From Nodosilinea sp. (GTDB taxonomy: Bacteria; Cyanobacteriota; Cyanobacteriia; Phormidesmidales; Phormidesmidaceae): DNA of 64,000 bases. A model generated the notes under the pieces. It saw nothing but the letters and a program-made list of their open reading frames with translations, did not search any database and was not told the origin of the DNA. This document shows positions 39,344 through 47,733 of this stretch, piece after piece; position 1 is the stretch's first letter, and each line of letters starts with the position of its first letter. Where the stretch lies: assembly GCA_041739575.1 (NCBI GenBank), contig JBGSNT010000290.1, positions 9 through 64,008 on the forward strand, read 5' to 3'. The position numbers and the translations under genes were made by a program.

Positions 39344-39442
39344 TGATATCTGGGGGTTTTCGAGAGGTTCACCAAGTCTCCAGGTAGGATAGAGGCAACC
39401 CACTGAGTATTAGTGTAAGAGAATCGGGGTGCCGAAGCGGCC

Positions 39443-39847
39443 ATGAAAAAGCGGGTCAAGCTAACTTTCCCCAAGCGGTCGGTCCACATGCCAATCACCT
39501 ATCGATTGGCGAAGGACTTCAACATTGCCGCCAATATTATTCGGGCCCAGGTCGCCCCCAATCAGGTTGGCACCCTAGTAGTGGAACTGTCTGGCGACAT
39601 TGACCACCTCAACGATGCCGTTGACTGGCTCGAAGTGCAGGGCATTGAGGTCTCAGGGGCCAGCGGTGAAATCGTAGTCGACGAGAACCTCTGCGTCCAC
39701 TGCGGGTTGTGCACCGGTGTATGTCCGACCCGAGCCTTGACCCTCGACGCCCAAACCTACCGATTAACCTTCACTCAATCCCGCTGTATTGTCTGCGAGC
39801 AATGTGTACCCACCTGCCCAGTGCAGGCGATTTCTACTAACCTTTAG
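39443..39847 (+). CDS. NIL-domain protein fused to a 2x[4Fe-4S] ferredoxin domain
   Basis: NIL-like N-terminus (ITYRLAKDFNIAANIIRAQV...LVVELSGD), then CVHCGLCTGVCP and CIVCEQCVPTCP. Confidence 0.8.
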   Translation: MKKRVKLTFPKRSVHMPITYRLAKDFNIAANIIRAQVAPNQVGTLVVELSGDIDHLNDAVDWLEVQGIEVSGASGEIVVDENLCVHCGLCTGVCPTRALTLDAQTYRLTFTQSRCIVCEQCVPTCPVQAISTNL

Positions 39848-39883
39848 CCCTCTGCCCCCCTAGAGCCTCCTGCGGCGATCGCC

Positions 39884-40354
39884 ATGAAACAAAACCGCTC
39901 CCTGCGTACCGTGCTGCAAAGCCACTGGCTCTCGTGGACCCTAGTGGTGATGGCCTACACCACCTACGGCGGCTTTTTACACTCCAACGGGTCTGGACTC
40001 TTGGCCTGGGCCCTAAGCGGCTTAAGTGCCATCTGGGGAGCCTGGGCAATTACCCTAGGCTGGCCTAAAATGCGGCAGCTACTCTTGTTGGGCTTTCAGT
40101 CTGACCTGGGGTATTTCATCATGGCTCTCACCACAGCATCGCTGGCGGTTGCCGCAGTCACACAGTTTCAGCGGTTTGCCTACTTTGTTATGTTAATTGC
40201 CGTCTCCCTGCTGGCCCGGGTCGATAACCTGATTGCCGGCTTCAGGGATGGGGTTGCCTTTGTGTGGCTATCGATTCTGGCCCTGGCGGGGTTAACCCTC
40301 AGCTGGCTGCCCCTACTGCTGGACTCAACCTCGGCCCCAGGAGTCCCTCGCTAG
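39884..40354 (+). CDS. Hypothetical integral membrane protein (4-5 TM)
   Basis: 156 aa, hydrophobic throughout. It starts 37 nt downstream of the NIL-ferredoxin gene on the same strand. Confidence 0.55.
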   Translation: MKQNRSLRTVLQSHWLSWTLVVMAYTTYGGFLHSNGSGLLAWALSGLSAIWGAWAITLGWPKMRQLLLLGFQSDLGYFIMALTTASLAVAAVTQFQRFAYFVMLIAVSLLARVDNLIAGFRDGVAFVWLSILALAGLTLSWLPLLLDSTSAPGVPR

Positions 40355-40563
40355 GGGCGATCGCACCCCACTGCGGTGCATCACAATTGCCGCGCCTGAG
40401 AATCGCAATGGTCCCTACCGTCGCGGTGCGCACCTGGCTGTGTAGGATGGTTAACAGACCTTTGCCGACTGTATACAGCCTTGAACTGAGGGGCAAGCCG
40501 CTCCGGCAGGGCAGGCAGGGCAAAGGGTGAACCGTTCTTTGACGATAGCTAGGGGGTTTAGGT

Positions 40564-42768
40564 ATGACGGTAGCCAGCACACAATCAATTCCGGCCTTTT
40601 GTCAGGGCATTAAGCATTTTGGCGAATTGCCCCCCGAGTTTACGGCCCACGGCCAGGCCGCGGCCATTCCCCCAGGGCAGACCGCCATTGCCTCCCCCAG
40701 CGATCCCGGAGCCGTCTACCAAACCCTGCTAGCCGCCGATGCCCTGCGCTATCTCACCCTGCAGGTAACCGCCAGCAAAGAGTCGGGCCACCCCGGTGGG
40801 TTTGCCAGCATTGCCGAGGCGATCGCCGCCCTGGTCATGCTAGGCCACAAAAATATCATCACCGAGGTGGGCCACCACGCCCCCGGATTCTACAGCAATG
40901 TGTTTCTCGATCGCTCCCTCGAAGCCATGGGCATCGAGACCGTGGAGCAACTGTGCGATCGCTTCCGCGAGACCCATGGCCTGCTAGGCCACCTATCGGG
41001 CCAAATTCCTGGCCTCTTGGCCCCCGCGGGTCCCCTGGGCCAGGGCCAGCACTTCGCCATGGCCGGCGCTAAGCTGCACCCCGGCGTGCTATTCCCCGTC
41101 ACCATCGGCGATGGTGGCCTGGGCGAGCCCTACATCATGAGCAGTTTTGGCCACTTCAATACCGCCTATCCTAGCGTGACCAATGTGCTGCCCATTCTGG
41201 TCTGGAATGGCTACAGCCAAGAACACCACAGCATGGTCTCCACTAAGTCCAATCAGGCCATGATCGACTACTGGCGCGGCAATGGCTTCCAGGAGGTGAT
41301 TCTCGTCGACGCTAAAGATTACGACGATACCAGCCAGACGGGTGCCTACGTCGATAGCACGGCCTTCTCTTTCCCCCAGCGCTTTGCCTTTACCCAGGCC
41401 GTTCTCGAAGCCACCGACAAAGCGGCCAAGCTCGCCCTGGGCGGCACCCTCACCGTGCTGATTGTCAAACAGCTCAAGGGCGCGGGGGTCCACAAGCGAG
41501 GTGCCCAGTCCCACAACCTCTACCCCGGCGACTCCCTAGAGCGCGACTACATCGTCAGCGCCCTCACCACCCGCGCCCTCCATCCCGACGCTTGGGCCCT
41601 GGTACGCACCAACTACGAGCGCGCTAGCGGCGGCCCCGCTGCCAAGGTTGCGGTGACCGAGTCAGTCCTGCCCCTGCCCGACCTGGGCCAGCTGCCCCTG
41701 AATGAATTTCCCGTCGGGGGCGACAAGCAGGTGGCCACCACCGCCATGGGAGCCCTGGTAGGCTACGTGGGCCAGCAGGACAGTCAGTTTGTTGTCACCA
41801 ACGCCGACGGCAACGCCGCCTCCGGCATCAACAACATCAACCAGGCCCTCAAGATCATCCACCCCACCGCCGACGCCACCTACTTCCAGCAACCCCAGGG
41901 CCAGGTTTACGAGCCCCTCAGCGAAGACGCCTGCGCGGGCCTCGCCGCCGCCCAGGCTTTATTTGGGGCGCGCACCCTCTGGTGCTCCTACGAATCCTTT
42001 GCCATCAACGGCCTGCCCATCTGGCAGACCGTCACCCAGGCGATGGCAGAGCTGCGGCGGCCTACCCCCTCTACGATCTGTCTATTTACTGCTGGCGCTT
42101 TGGAACAGGGCCGCAACGGCTGGACTCACCAGCGCCCGGAGGTAGAAAACTACTTCGCCGGGATGTTGCGCAACGGCAACGTGTACGCCCTGTTCCCCAC
42201 CGACGCTAACGGCATTCAGGCATGCTACGACTGGGCCCTGACCACTCGCAACAAGGGAATTACCATTACCGCTAGCAAATCGCCCCTACCCATCCGCACC
42301 AGCCTAGAGCAGACCCGCCAAGCCCTGGCCAGCGGTGCGGTGGAATTGGCATCGTTTACGGGTGATCAAACCGTGGTTTTCGCGGTGATCGGCGACATGA
42401 CGTTAATCCCCGTGTTTGAGGCCGCCGAGCAGCTGGCCAGTGAAGGCATCGGCAGCCGCATTGTATCGGTGGTTAACCCCCGTCAGCTTTACCGACCCAC
42501 CGACGTAGCATGGGATATGTGCTCGGAACCTGACGGCAGCTTTCTAGACGACACCGGGTTTGAGCGTCTGTTTGGCGGCGATGCGCTGCTGGGGATAACC
42601 GGCGGCTCTAGCGCCATGCTAGAACCAATCATGCTACGCAGCACCGCCCCCCGCGACACCTTCGCCTGGAAGCGGGGCGAAACCACCGCCAGCGCTGGGC
42701 AAATTATGGCTCTCAATGGCCTGACCGCCGACAACTTCCTGGCCCGGGCCAAGGCATTGCTGGGCTAG
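40564..42768 (+). CDS. Divergent thiamine-diphosphate enzyme of the transketolase family (734 aa), substrate unknown
   Basis: SGHPGGFAS, GHHAPGFYS, AGPLGQGQHFAMAGA and GDGGLGEP align with the transketolase PP-domain motifs. The protein is longer than canonical TktA and clearly divergent from it. Confidence 0.8.
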   Translation: MTVASTQSIPAFCQGIKHFGELPPEFTAHGQAAAIPPGQTAIASPSDPGAVYQTLLAADALRYLTLQVTASKESGHPGGFASIAEAIAALVMLGHKNIITEVGHHAPGFYSNVFLDRSLEAMGIETVEQLCDRFRETHGLLGHLSGQIPGLLAPAGPLGQGQHFAMAGAKLHPGVLFPVTIGDGGLGEPYIMSSFGHFNTAYPSVTNVLPILVWNGYSQEHHSMVSTKSNQAMIDYWRGNGFQEVILVDAKDYDDTSQTGAYVDSTAFSFPQRFAFTQAVLEATDKAAKLALGGTLTVLIVKQLKGAGVHKRGAQSHNLYPGDSLERDYIVSALTTRALHPDAWALVRTNYERASGGPAAKVAVTESVLPLPDLGQLPLNEFPVGGDKQVATTAMGALVGYVGQQDSQFVVTNADGNAASGINNINQALKIIHPTADATYFQQPQGQVYEPLSEDACAGLAAAQALFGARTLWCSYESFAINGLPIWQTVTQAMAELRRPTPSTICLFTAGALEQGRNGWTHQRPEVENYFAGMLRNGNVYALFPTDANGIQACYDWALTTRNKGITITASKSPLPIRTSLEQTRQALASGAVELASFTGDQTVVFAVIGDMTLIPVFEAAEQLASEGIGSRIVSVVNPRQLYRPTDVAWDMCSEPDGSFLDDTGFERLFGGDALLGITGGSSAMLEPIMLRSTAPRDTFAWKRGETTASAGQIMALNGLTADNFLARAKALLG

Positions 42769-42794
42769 GGCCAGCACAGGTACAGCCAACGATC

Positions 42795-42832
42795 AACATA
42801 GAGGGGCTCAGGTAGCTGAGCCCCTCTATGTT
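42795..42832. terminator. 16-17-bp perfect hairpin between convergent genes (terminator-like, no U-tract)
   Basis: aacatagaggggctca (42795-42810) pairs with tgagcccctctatgtt (42817-42832). Confidence 0.55.
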
Positions 42833-42858
42833 AATGAAGCCAAGTCAATGAAGCCAAG
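42833..42858. repeat. 12-bp direct repeat aatgaagccaag, two copies, 14-bp period
   Basis: Copies at 42833-42844 and 42847-42858, immediately after the hairpin. Confidence 0.6.
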
Positions 42859-42889
42859 CTTGGATAAAGCCGGGCATAGCCGATCCCTC

Positions 42890-43648
42890 CTAGGGGGCCG
42901 GTGTAGCAGAGGGCGATGGGGTGGGCTCCTGCGCTCGAATGAAGTCCAGGACCTCCGTCGAAGGAAATAGCCGCACCTGCTCAAGCTGGTTATCTAAGGC
43001 TGGATCAGTGCTGCTGGTCATAGCCGCCAACAGCCACTCCAGCGACATTACCTGAACCACTACTTCATCCGCTGAAGCGGCGTTGGTCTCTTCGTATCGG
43101 TTCAGCAGGGTCTGCAGATCGTTGTGGGAAAAAAACAACGGCAGGGAGGCTTGGCCATCCTGGTTAATCGTCAGGTAGGGACCATCCTCCCCCTGACGAG
43201 CCAAAAATAACGGCACCCCTTGGAAATTAGCCTCCAGCTCTACAGCAGCCTCTAGCTCATCGTCTATGGGCAGATAGAGCAGCGGGACCTGCTCATCACT
43301 GCTCAGCACCGTCTCCTGGTAGAGAGTGCCCAGATCCACCAGGGCCACCGTAGCACTGGGATCCTCTTCCCGGGCGCGGGTTAAAAACTCCTCAGCGGCA
43401 GCTCCGTCGATGAAAACAAGGGGTACCTTGACTTCCTGATTATTGACTTCAGCGGCGGCGGTGAGGGGCTGCCCGTCAGAATTCAAAATAATAAAGACGG
43501 GCACCTGCTCTAGCTTGTTGACAATTGCCTCTTCGCCCAGAGCTTCGGCGGGCAGGGGCATCAGCCAGGCACCCCCAAGCAGACTGCCGCTAACCAGAGC
43601 AGTAAGCAAGGGCAGAGGTCGTAAAATAGAGGAAAAAAGCTGTCTCAT
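42890..43648 (-). CDS. Tic22-like periplasmic/lumenal protein
   Basis: Signal peptide, then two repeats of the Tic22 pattern (VPVFIILNSDGQPL; VPLFLARQGEDGPYLTINQDGQASLPLFFSHNDL). Start at the ATG at 43648. The track ORF continues through the tRNA gene and was trimmed. Confidence 0.65.
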   Translation of the reverse strand: MRQLFSSILRPLPLLTALVSGSLLGGAWLMPLPAEALGEEAIVNKLEQVPVFIILNSDGQPLTAAAEVNNQEVKVPLVFIDGAAAEEFLTRAREEDPSATVALVDLGTLYQETVLSSDEQVPLLYLPIDDELEAAVELEANFQGVPLFLARQGEDGPYLTINQDGQASLPLFFSHNDLQTLLNRYEETNAASADEVVVQVMSLEWLLAAMTSSTDPALDNQLEQVRLFPSTEVLDFIRAQEPTPSPSATPAP

Positions 43649-43797
43649 GGGGTTATTTTGTCGTTGCGTAACGGTAATGGGGCTGGTCAGGAAACTGCTA
43701 ATGCCAATGACTATAAATACTACAAACTGGGCCGACTGTGTACAGCCCCCTTGTGACAGTACCGTCACCTCTCCACACAAAACACCTATACTCAAAA

Positions 43798-43871
43798 TCG
43801 GGATGACAGGATTTGAACCTGCGACATCCTGCTCCCAAAGCAGGCGCGCTACCAAGCTGCGCTACATCCCG
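43798..43871 (-). tRNA. tRNA-Pro (anticodon UGG)
   Basis: Reverse complement: CGGGATGTAGCGCAGCTTGGTAGCGCGCCTGCTTTGGGAGCAGGATGTCGCAGGTTCAAATCCTGTCATCCCGA. It has a 7-bp acceptor stem, anticodon loop TTTGGGA and T-loop GGTTCAAATCC. CCA is not encoded. Confidence 0.9.
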
Positions 43872-43968
43872 TAAAGCTATACCCCATATAGTATAGCTTG
43901 ATTTATCTCTGAACCAGCAGGCTCCTCCGTTGCCCCCCCCCGCCCCAACTCTCTCAAGGCATATTCCT

Positions 43969-44382
43969 ATGGCTCCCCCAGCCTATCCCCTAGAGCAACT
44001 TCCTGGGCTTAGCCAGACCCATGTCCAGGGCTTAGCGAAGCTCGGCTTAACCAGTACCGAACAATTGCGGCGCTACGGAGTATCGGTGGAAAGCCGGCAG
44101 GCCCTGGCTAAAACTCTCCAGGTGCCCCTGCGCTACGTGACCAAATGGGTGATCCTAGCCGATTTAGCTCGGGTGCCGGCGGTGGGCTGTCAATTTAACG
44201 GGCTGCTATTACACGCGGGCATCATATCGGTCTCCCAACTGTCGACCTGTTCTGCCCAAAGGCTGTTTACCCAGTTGCGGCGCCTCCACGTCGCTACCCT
44301 GCAGCGCAACGACCTATGTCCCACAGCTGACCTAGTCAACCTGTGGATTTACCAAGCCAAGGCGCTGACTCGGGCTGCCTGA
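43969..44382 (+). CDS. DUF4332-like helix-hairpin-helix protein, hypothetical
   Basis: LEQLPGLSQTHVQGLAKLGLTSTEQL and ADLARVPAVGCQFNGLLLHAGIISVSQL repeats. ATG at 43969. Confidence 0.55.
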   Translation: MAPPAYPLEQLPGLSQTHVQGLAKLGLTSTEQLRRYGVSVESRQALAKTLQVPLRYVTKWVILADLARVPAVGCQFNGLLLHAGIISVSQLSTCSAQRLFTQLRRLHVATLQRNDLCPTADLVNLWIYQAKALTRAA

Positions 44383-44517
44383 CCCCGTCAGATCAAGAGC
44401 TGATCCAATCAACAGACCAAGGGTTGGGATAGCAGGTCAGTCACCTGGCGGTTTAGCCGCATTGAACTAACTGACCTCTCACCCTGCCAACCGCTGAACG
44501 GACTGGATGACAGGGCT

Positions 44518-45039
44518 CTAATCGGGGTACCAGAACATGCCCTTTATGCCCTCGGGGTCGGGCATAAAGCCCAGCCCTTTGTAAAACTCCACGACCTGGG
44601 GGTCGGCAAACAGGGTGACGTTGCTGATATCTTCGCTGCGCAGTTTTTTAATCAGCTGGCGCATGAGTTCTTTGCCCAACCCCCGACCCTGAAAGTCGGG
44701 GTGCACCACCACATCCCAGATAGTGGCGTTAAAGGCATGGTCAGAGGTGGCGCGTGCGAACCCCACCAAGCGCCGACGGGCGCCCCGCTCTTCCCACATG
44801 GTGACCACCAGATAGCTATGCTGGATCGCTTTTTTAACTTTACGAAGGGGCCGTCTGGCCCAGCCCACGGCGTTACACAACTCCTCTAGCTCGTAGAGGT
44901 CAAGTTCGCGGTCGGTGCTAAAAACAATAGATGCCCCTTCTCCTTGCTCAGGTAGGGCCTCTAGGACGGTTCTTCCTGACAATGCTTCCCCGGATGAAGC
45001 GCCATCAGATCCGACAAAAAGACTTTTCCAAAAACCCAT
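44518..45039 (-). CDS. GNAT-family N-acetyltransferase
   Basis: Acetyl-CoA motif [14 protein letters not shown], 173 aa. Confidence 0.85.
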   Translation of the reverse strand: MGFWKSLFVGSDGASSGEALSGRTVLEALPEQGEGASIVFSTDRELDLYELEELCNAVGWARRPLRKVKKAIQHSYLVVTMWEERGARRRLVGFARATSDHAFNATIWDVVVHPDFQGRGLGKELMRQLIKKLRSEDISNVTLFADPQVVEFYKGLGFMPDPEGIKGMFWYPD

Positions 45040-45492
45040 GCAGGCCCTGTCTGATAACGAAGTGGCACAACGTTCAGCGGCGTAGAGTTGGCACCTGAGA
45101 AACCGCAGTCCTTGTGCGGCGGCTAAGGATAGACTTAGGGCTGAACACTATATTTTCATAGTATATCCCGATAAAATCACCATACCCTGGTCCAGATGCA
45201 GATTTGTGCTGGGGCCAATCGTCTGTTGTATTGGGCGGGGGCGCACCTTCCCTGGACAGGGCCTTATAAGGAGCAATGACCAAGCCTATCGCTTCGCCCC
45301 ATGACCGGGGCAAGCGGGGTAAATAGCCAGGTTTCACTCCATAGTCGATAGTTAACACAACCCGATTTTGATGACTTTATCGGGAACAAGCGCTGCTAAA
45401 CGCTTTGGGGCAGTGGTTAGTCTCAGCGTTGCAAGGGTTTCGAGTACGGTCAATGCTAACGTTACCTGCATAGGAGTTCCACCCTTCCCACC

Positions 45493-46209
45493 ATGGCCGC
45501 CGGCTTAAATCCCTCTACAGTTGAGCTGCTCAAACGCTTCAACCGAGCTTTTCCACAATTCTATGAGCAGTTTGTCAGCAGCGAGATTCAGCTACAGAAT
45601 CTGCGCTTGGCCTATCAGCTCTACAAACAAAAGAAGGCCGTGCTCGACATCAAGCCCGAGGGCAACAAGAGCGCGCTGCATTTTGTCTATCGAAATCAGT
45701 CGTTCTTGCTGAGCGATATTTTTGGCGTGCTAGCGGCCTATGGGTTAACCATCCACAACCTCAGCCTCTACGGGCAGATTCATCCGCCCATGCTGGTATT
45801 TATCAAGCTGGTGGTGTCGCGGGGAGGCACCACCCTCAGTCCTAAAACCACAGAAAATGTCTGTCGCGCCATTCAGGAGACTCTGGCCGGGCATTTTGAA
45901 GTGGAAGAAATGCTGACTGTGGAATTTAATCTGGATGCGGGGCTAGAGAGGGTCGAAACCGAGTTTTACATTGACCCAGTCTTCCACCTGCCAGCTCTGC
46001 TGATCGAGGCTGACAACCAGCCCGGCCTTTTCTATAAGGTTATGTATGCCATTTGGCAGGAAGATTTGCTGGTGGTCAACGCCAACCTGCTGGTGTGGCG
46101 AGGGCGTACTCGCCTAATTCTCTACCTGCTGGGCCCTAATGAAAACCTGATTCCAGATTATTTGGGGCAAAAAATTGCCGAGGGCATGCGCTATCGCCTG
46201 ATGAGCTAG
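45493..46209 (+). CDS. Conserved hypothetical protein, possibly tandem ACT-like folds
   Basis: 238-aa clean ORF with typical codon bias. The segments FLLSDIFGVLAAYGLTIHNLSL and GLFYKVMYAIWQEDLLVVNANL resemble ACT beta-alpha units. The function is an inference only. Confidence 0.55.
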   Translation: MAAGLNPSTVELLKRFNRAFPQFYEQFVSSEIQLQNLRLAYQLYKQKKAVLDIKPEGNKSALHFVYRNQSFLLSDIFGVLAAYGLTIHNLSLYGQIHPPMLVFIKLVVSRGGTTLSPKTTENVCRAIQETLAGHFEVEEMLTVEFNLDAGLERVETEFYIDPVFHLPALLIEADNQPGLFYKVMYAIWQEDLLVVNANLLVWRGRTRLILYLLGPNENLIPDYLGQKIAEGMRYRLMS

Positions 46210-46249
46210 GTTACGATGGTCAACGACCGGCCCAAGAGGCCACCGCCCT

Positions 46250-47149
46250 ATGGCTACTGCAACCGTTTTTGGTGTCCCCCATTACTACGAGCTCATCACG
46301 GACGGAGATGGGGCACCCCTTGTCTTTATTCATGGCTGGCTGCTGAGTCACAAGTACTGGCAACCCATTGTCGATCAGCTACAGCCCAATCATCCCTGTC
46401 TAACCTACGATCTGCGGGGTTTCGGGGAGTCTCGTTATCATCTCGATCGCCATCTCTCCGGGATACCCGAAGCCGCTGTCGCCCTGGGCGCTTCGGCATC
46501 GCCCTATGGACTGGGGGCATACGCCCGCGATCTAGCGGCATTGCTTGAGCACCTCGACCTCGGGCCAGTTTGGCTAGTGGGTCATTCCCTAGGAGGTAGT
46601 GTGGCCCTGTGGATGGCTCACTGCTTTCCGAAACAAGTGTTGGGCGTCGTGGCCGTGAACTCTGGCGGAGGCATCTACCTAGAGCGGGAGTTTCAGCAGT
46701 TTCGCCAGGCAGGACAGTCGATTGTGCAATGGCGGCGGGCCTGGCTAGGAAAACTGCCTCTGCTGCCGCTGCTGCTGACTCGCATGATGGTGCATCGCCC
46801 CCTGGCCTACCGCTGGGGCAGCGATCGCTGCCTTGATCTGCTGCAGGCCGCCCCTGAAGCTGCGGTGGGCAGCCTCCTAGCATCGACCGTCGAAACGGAG
46901 GTGCACCTACTGCCTCGGCTGACGGCATCACTCCATCAACCGGTGTACTTTATCGCCGGTTGCCAAGACCAGGTCATGAATCCCCGCTATGTCAGACATC
47001 TGGCGGGATACCTCAGGGGAGCGAGCCAGGGGCAAACTCCGGTGATTGAGCTAGAAAATTGTGGCCATCTGGCCATGATCGAGCAACCCGAGGCGGTGGC
47101 CAAGCTGCTGGAGGAAATAGTGTCAACGCCCCTTACGAGTCATAGCTGA
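46250..47149 (+). CDS. Alpha/beta-fold hydrolase
   Basis: HGWLLS oxyanion region, nucleophile elbow GHSLGG, C-terminal CGHLAMIEQPE. Confidence 0.85.
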   Translation: MATATVFGVPHYYELITDGDGAPLVFIHGWLLSHKYWQPIVDQLQPNHPCLTYDLRGFGESRYHLDRHLSGIPEAAVALGASASPYGLGAYARDLAALLEHLDLGPVWLVGHSLGGSVALWMAHCFPKQVLGVVAVNSGGGIYLEREFQQFRQAGQSIVQWRRAWLGKLPLLPLLLTRMMVHRPLAYRWGSDRCLDLLQAAPEAAVGSLLASTVETEVHLLPRLTASLHQPVYFIAGCQDQVMNPRYVRHLAGYLRGASQGQTPVIELENCGHLAMIEQPEAVAKLLEEIVSTPLTSHS

Positions 47150-47254
47150 CTGCGCCCTGAGGAGATTGGCAAGGCTTAGCCCTATCCCGCACATAAATTT
47201 TGGGCTAGCAAAGATTTTAGGCCAAAGCTTTGGGTAAGAAGCTTGACAAACGGT

Positions 47255-47325
47255 ACAAAACAAAAGAGATGCCGACGACTGGCCGTGTTTCGTCTCGGCA
47301 TCTCTTCTGGTTCGCTCCTCACACA
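47255..47325 (-). ncRNA. Candidate small RNA (~70 nt): single-stranded 5' GUGUGAGGAG region plus an intrinsic terminator
   Basis: Minus strand reads TATAAT, 7 nt, then GTGTGAGGAGCGAACCAGA, then the stem AGAGATGCCGA(GA)CGA - 11-nt loop - TCGTCGGCATCTCT, then TTTGTTTTGT. It lies in a 584-bp gene-free region. Confidence 0.4.
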
Positions 47326-47331
47326 ATATGA

Positions 47332-47360
47332 ATTATAGGATCAACTCAGCAGAATGTCAC
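47332..47360 (-). promoter_or_regulatory. Sigma-70-type promoter for the candidate sRNA
   Basis: Minus strand: GTGACA (47360-47355), a 17-nt spacer, then TATAAT (47337-47332). Confidence 0.4.
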
Positions 47361-47613
47361 CCCTTTAAACCAGCTTTATTGAATAGTTTTTCTTATGGGA
47401 TGGTGGGCTTTTAGCCGACGGAGGGTATAGGCAGCCGCTCCAGGCAGGTCACAGCAACCGATACAGGTTTCCGGTGGGGGCGGTTGGTGGCGATCGCCCT
47501 AGCCCATTCCCGCCGCAGGGGCTAGCCTTAGGTAGAAAGAGGATGTTGTCAAGTCGTCCGGAGGCTACGAGAAATTAAGGGTTGTCTGTATTACTATTAG
47601 ATGGTTTACAGAA

Positions 47614-47639
47614 CCTTCATGAACCAAGCCTTCATGAAC
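47614..47639. promoter_or_regulatory. Two copies of CCTTCATGAAC (each containing the palindrome TTCATGAA), 15-bp period, upstream of the Crp-family gene
   Basis: Copies at 47614-47624 and 47629-47639, about 95 nt upstream of the ATG at 47734. Confidence 0.4.
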
Positions 47640-47733
47640 GGGTTGCATATCATCGGTCTGAGCGATCGCATCTCCATCTAGCGTCTGCCCTATCGGTCAT
47701 GGTCTGTACCGTCCCATTCAGCTGCTTCTTGCT

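Noticed and set aside
40355-40563. TPP-riboswitch-like fragments (CTGAGA ... ACCTGG) upstream of the transketolase-like gene.
   Set aside because: Only two short fragments match. The conserved ACCTGATCTGGATAATGCCAGCG core and the pairing elements are absent.
43649-43855. N-terminal extensions of track ORFs. Examples: the Tic22-like ORF running through tRNA-Pro, sppA to 30084, clpR to 36080, the ABC-F gene to 4729, rbcR to 49684, the methyltransferase to 62344.
   Set aside because: The extensions lack family similarity. Conserved N-termini begin at internal ATGs. One extension is simply the translated tRNA gene.
45074-45358. 94-aa minus-strand ORF upstream of the GNAT gene.
   Set aside because: It has a GTG start and many codons that are rare in the rest of the window (ATA, AGG, TTA, CTA). 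I recognise no motif. It is probably promoter/leader DNA of the divergent GNAT and ACT-like genes. The 453-bp spacer remains unexplained.
40967-46832. A ~5.9-kb stretch without any HIP1 site, running from the transketolase-like gene to the start of the hydrolase gene and including tRNA-Pro (possible foreign island).
   Set aside because: With a mean spacing of about 1 kb, a gap this size somewhere in the window is not very improbable (my estimate is about 0.1-0.2). The genes inside are typical cyanobacterial core genes (Tic22-like, GNAT) with no mobility genes.
47262-47325. Plus-strand Yfr1 gene: a hairpin followed by CTCCTCACAC, matching 10 of 11 bases of the Yfr1 core.
   Set aside because: Yfr1 needs a second stem-loop/terminator after the motif and a promoter upstream. 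I find neither on the plus strand. A near-consensus promoter and the U-tract both lie on the minus strand.
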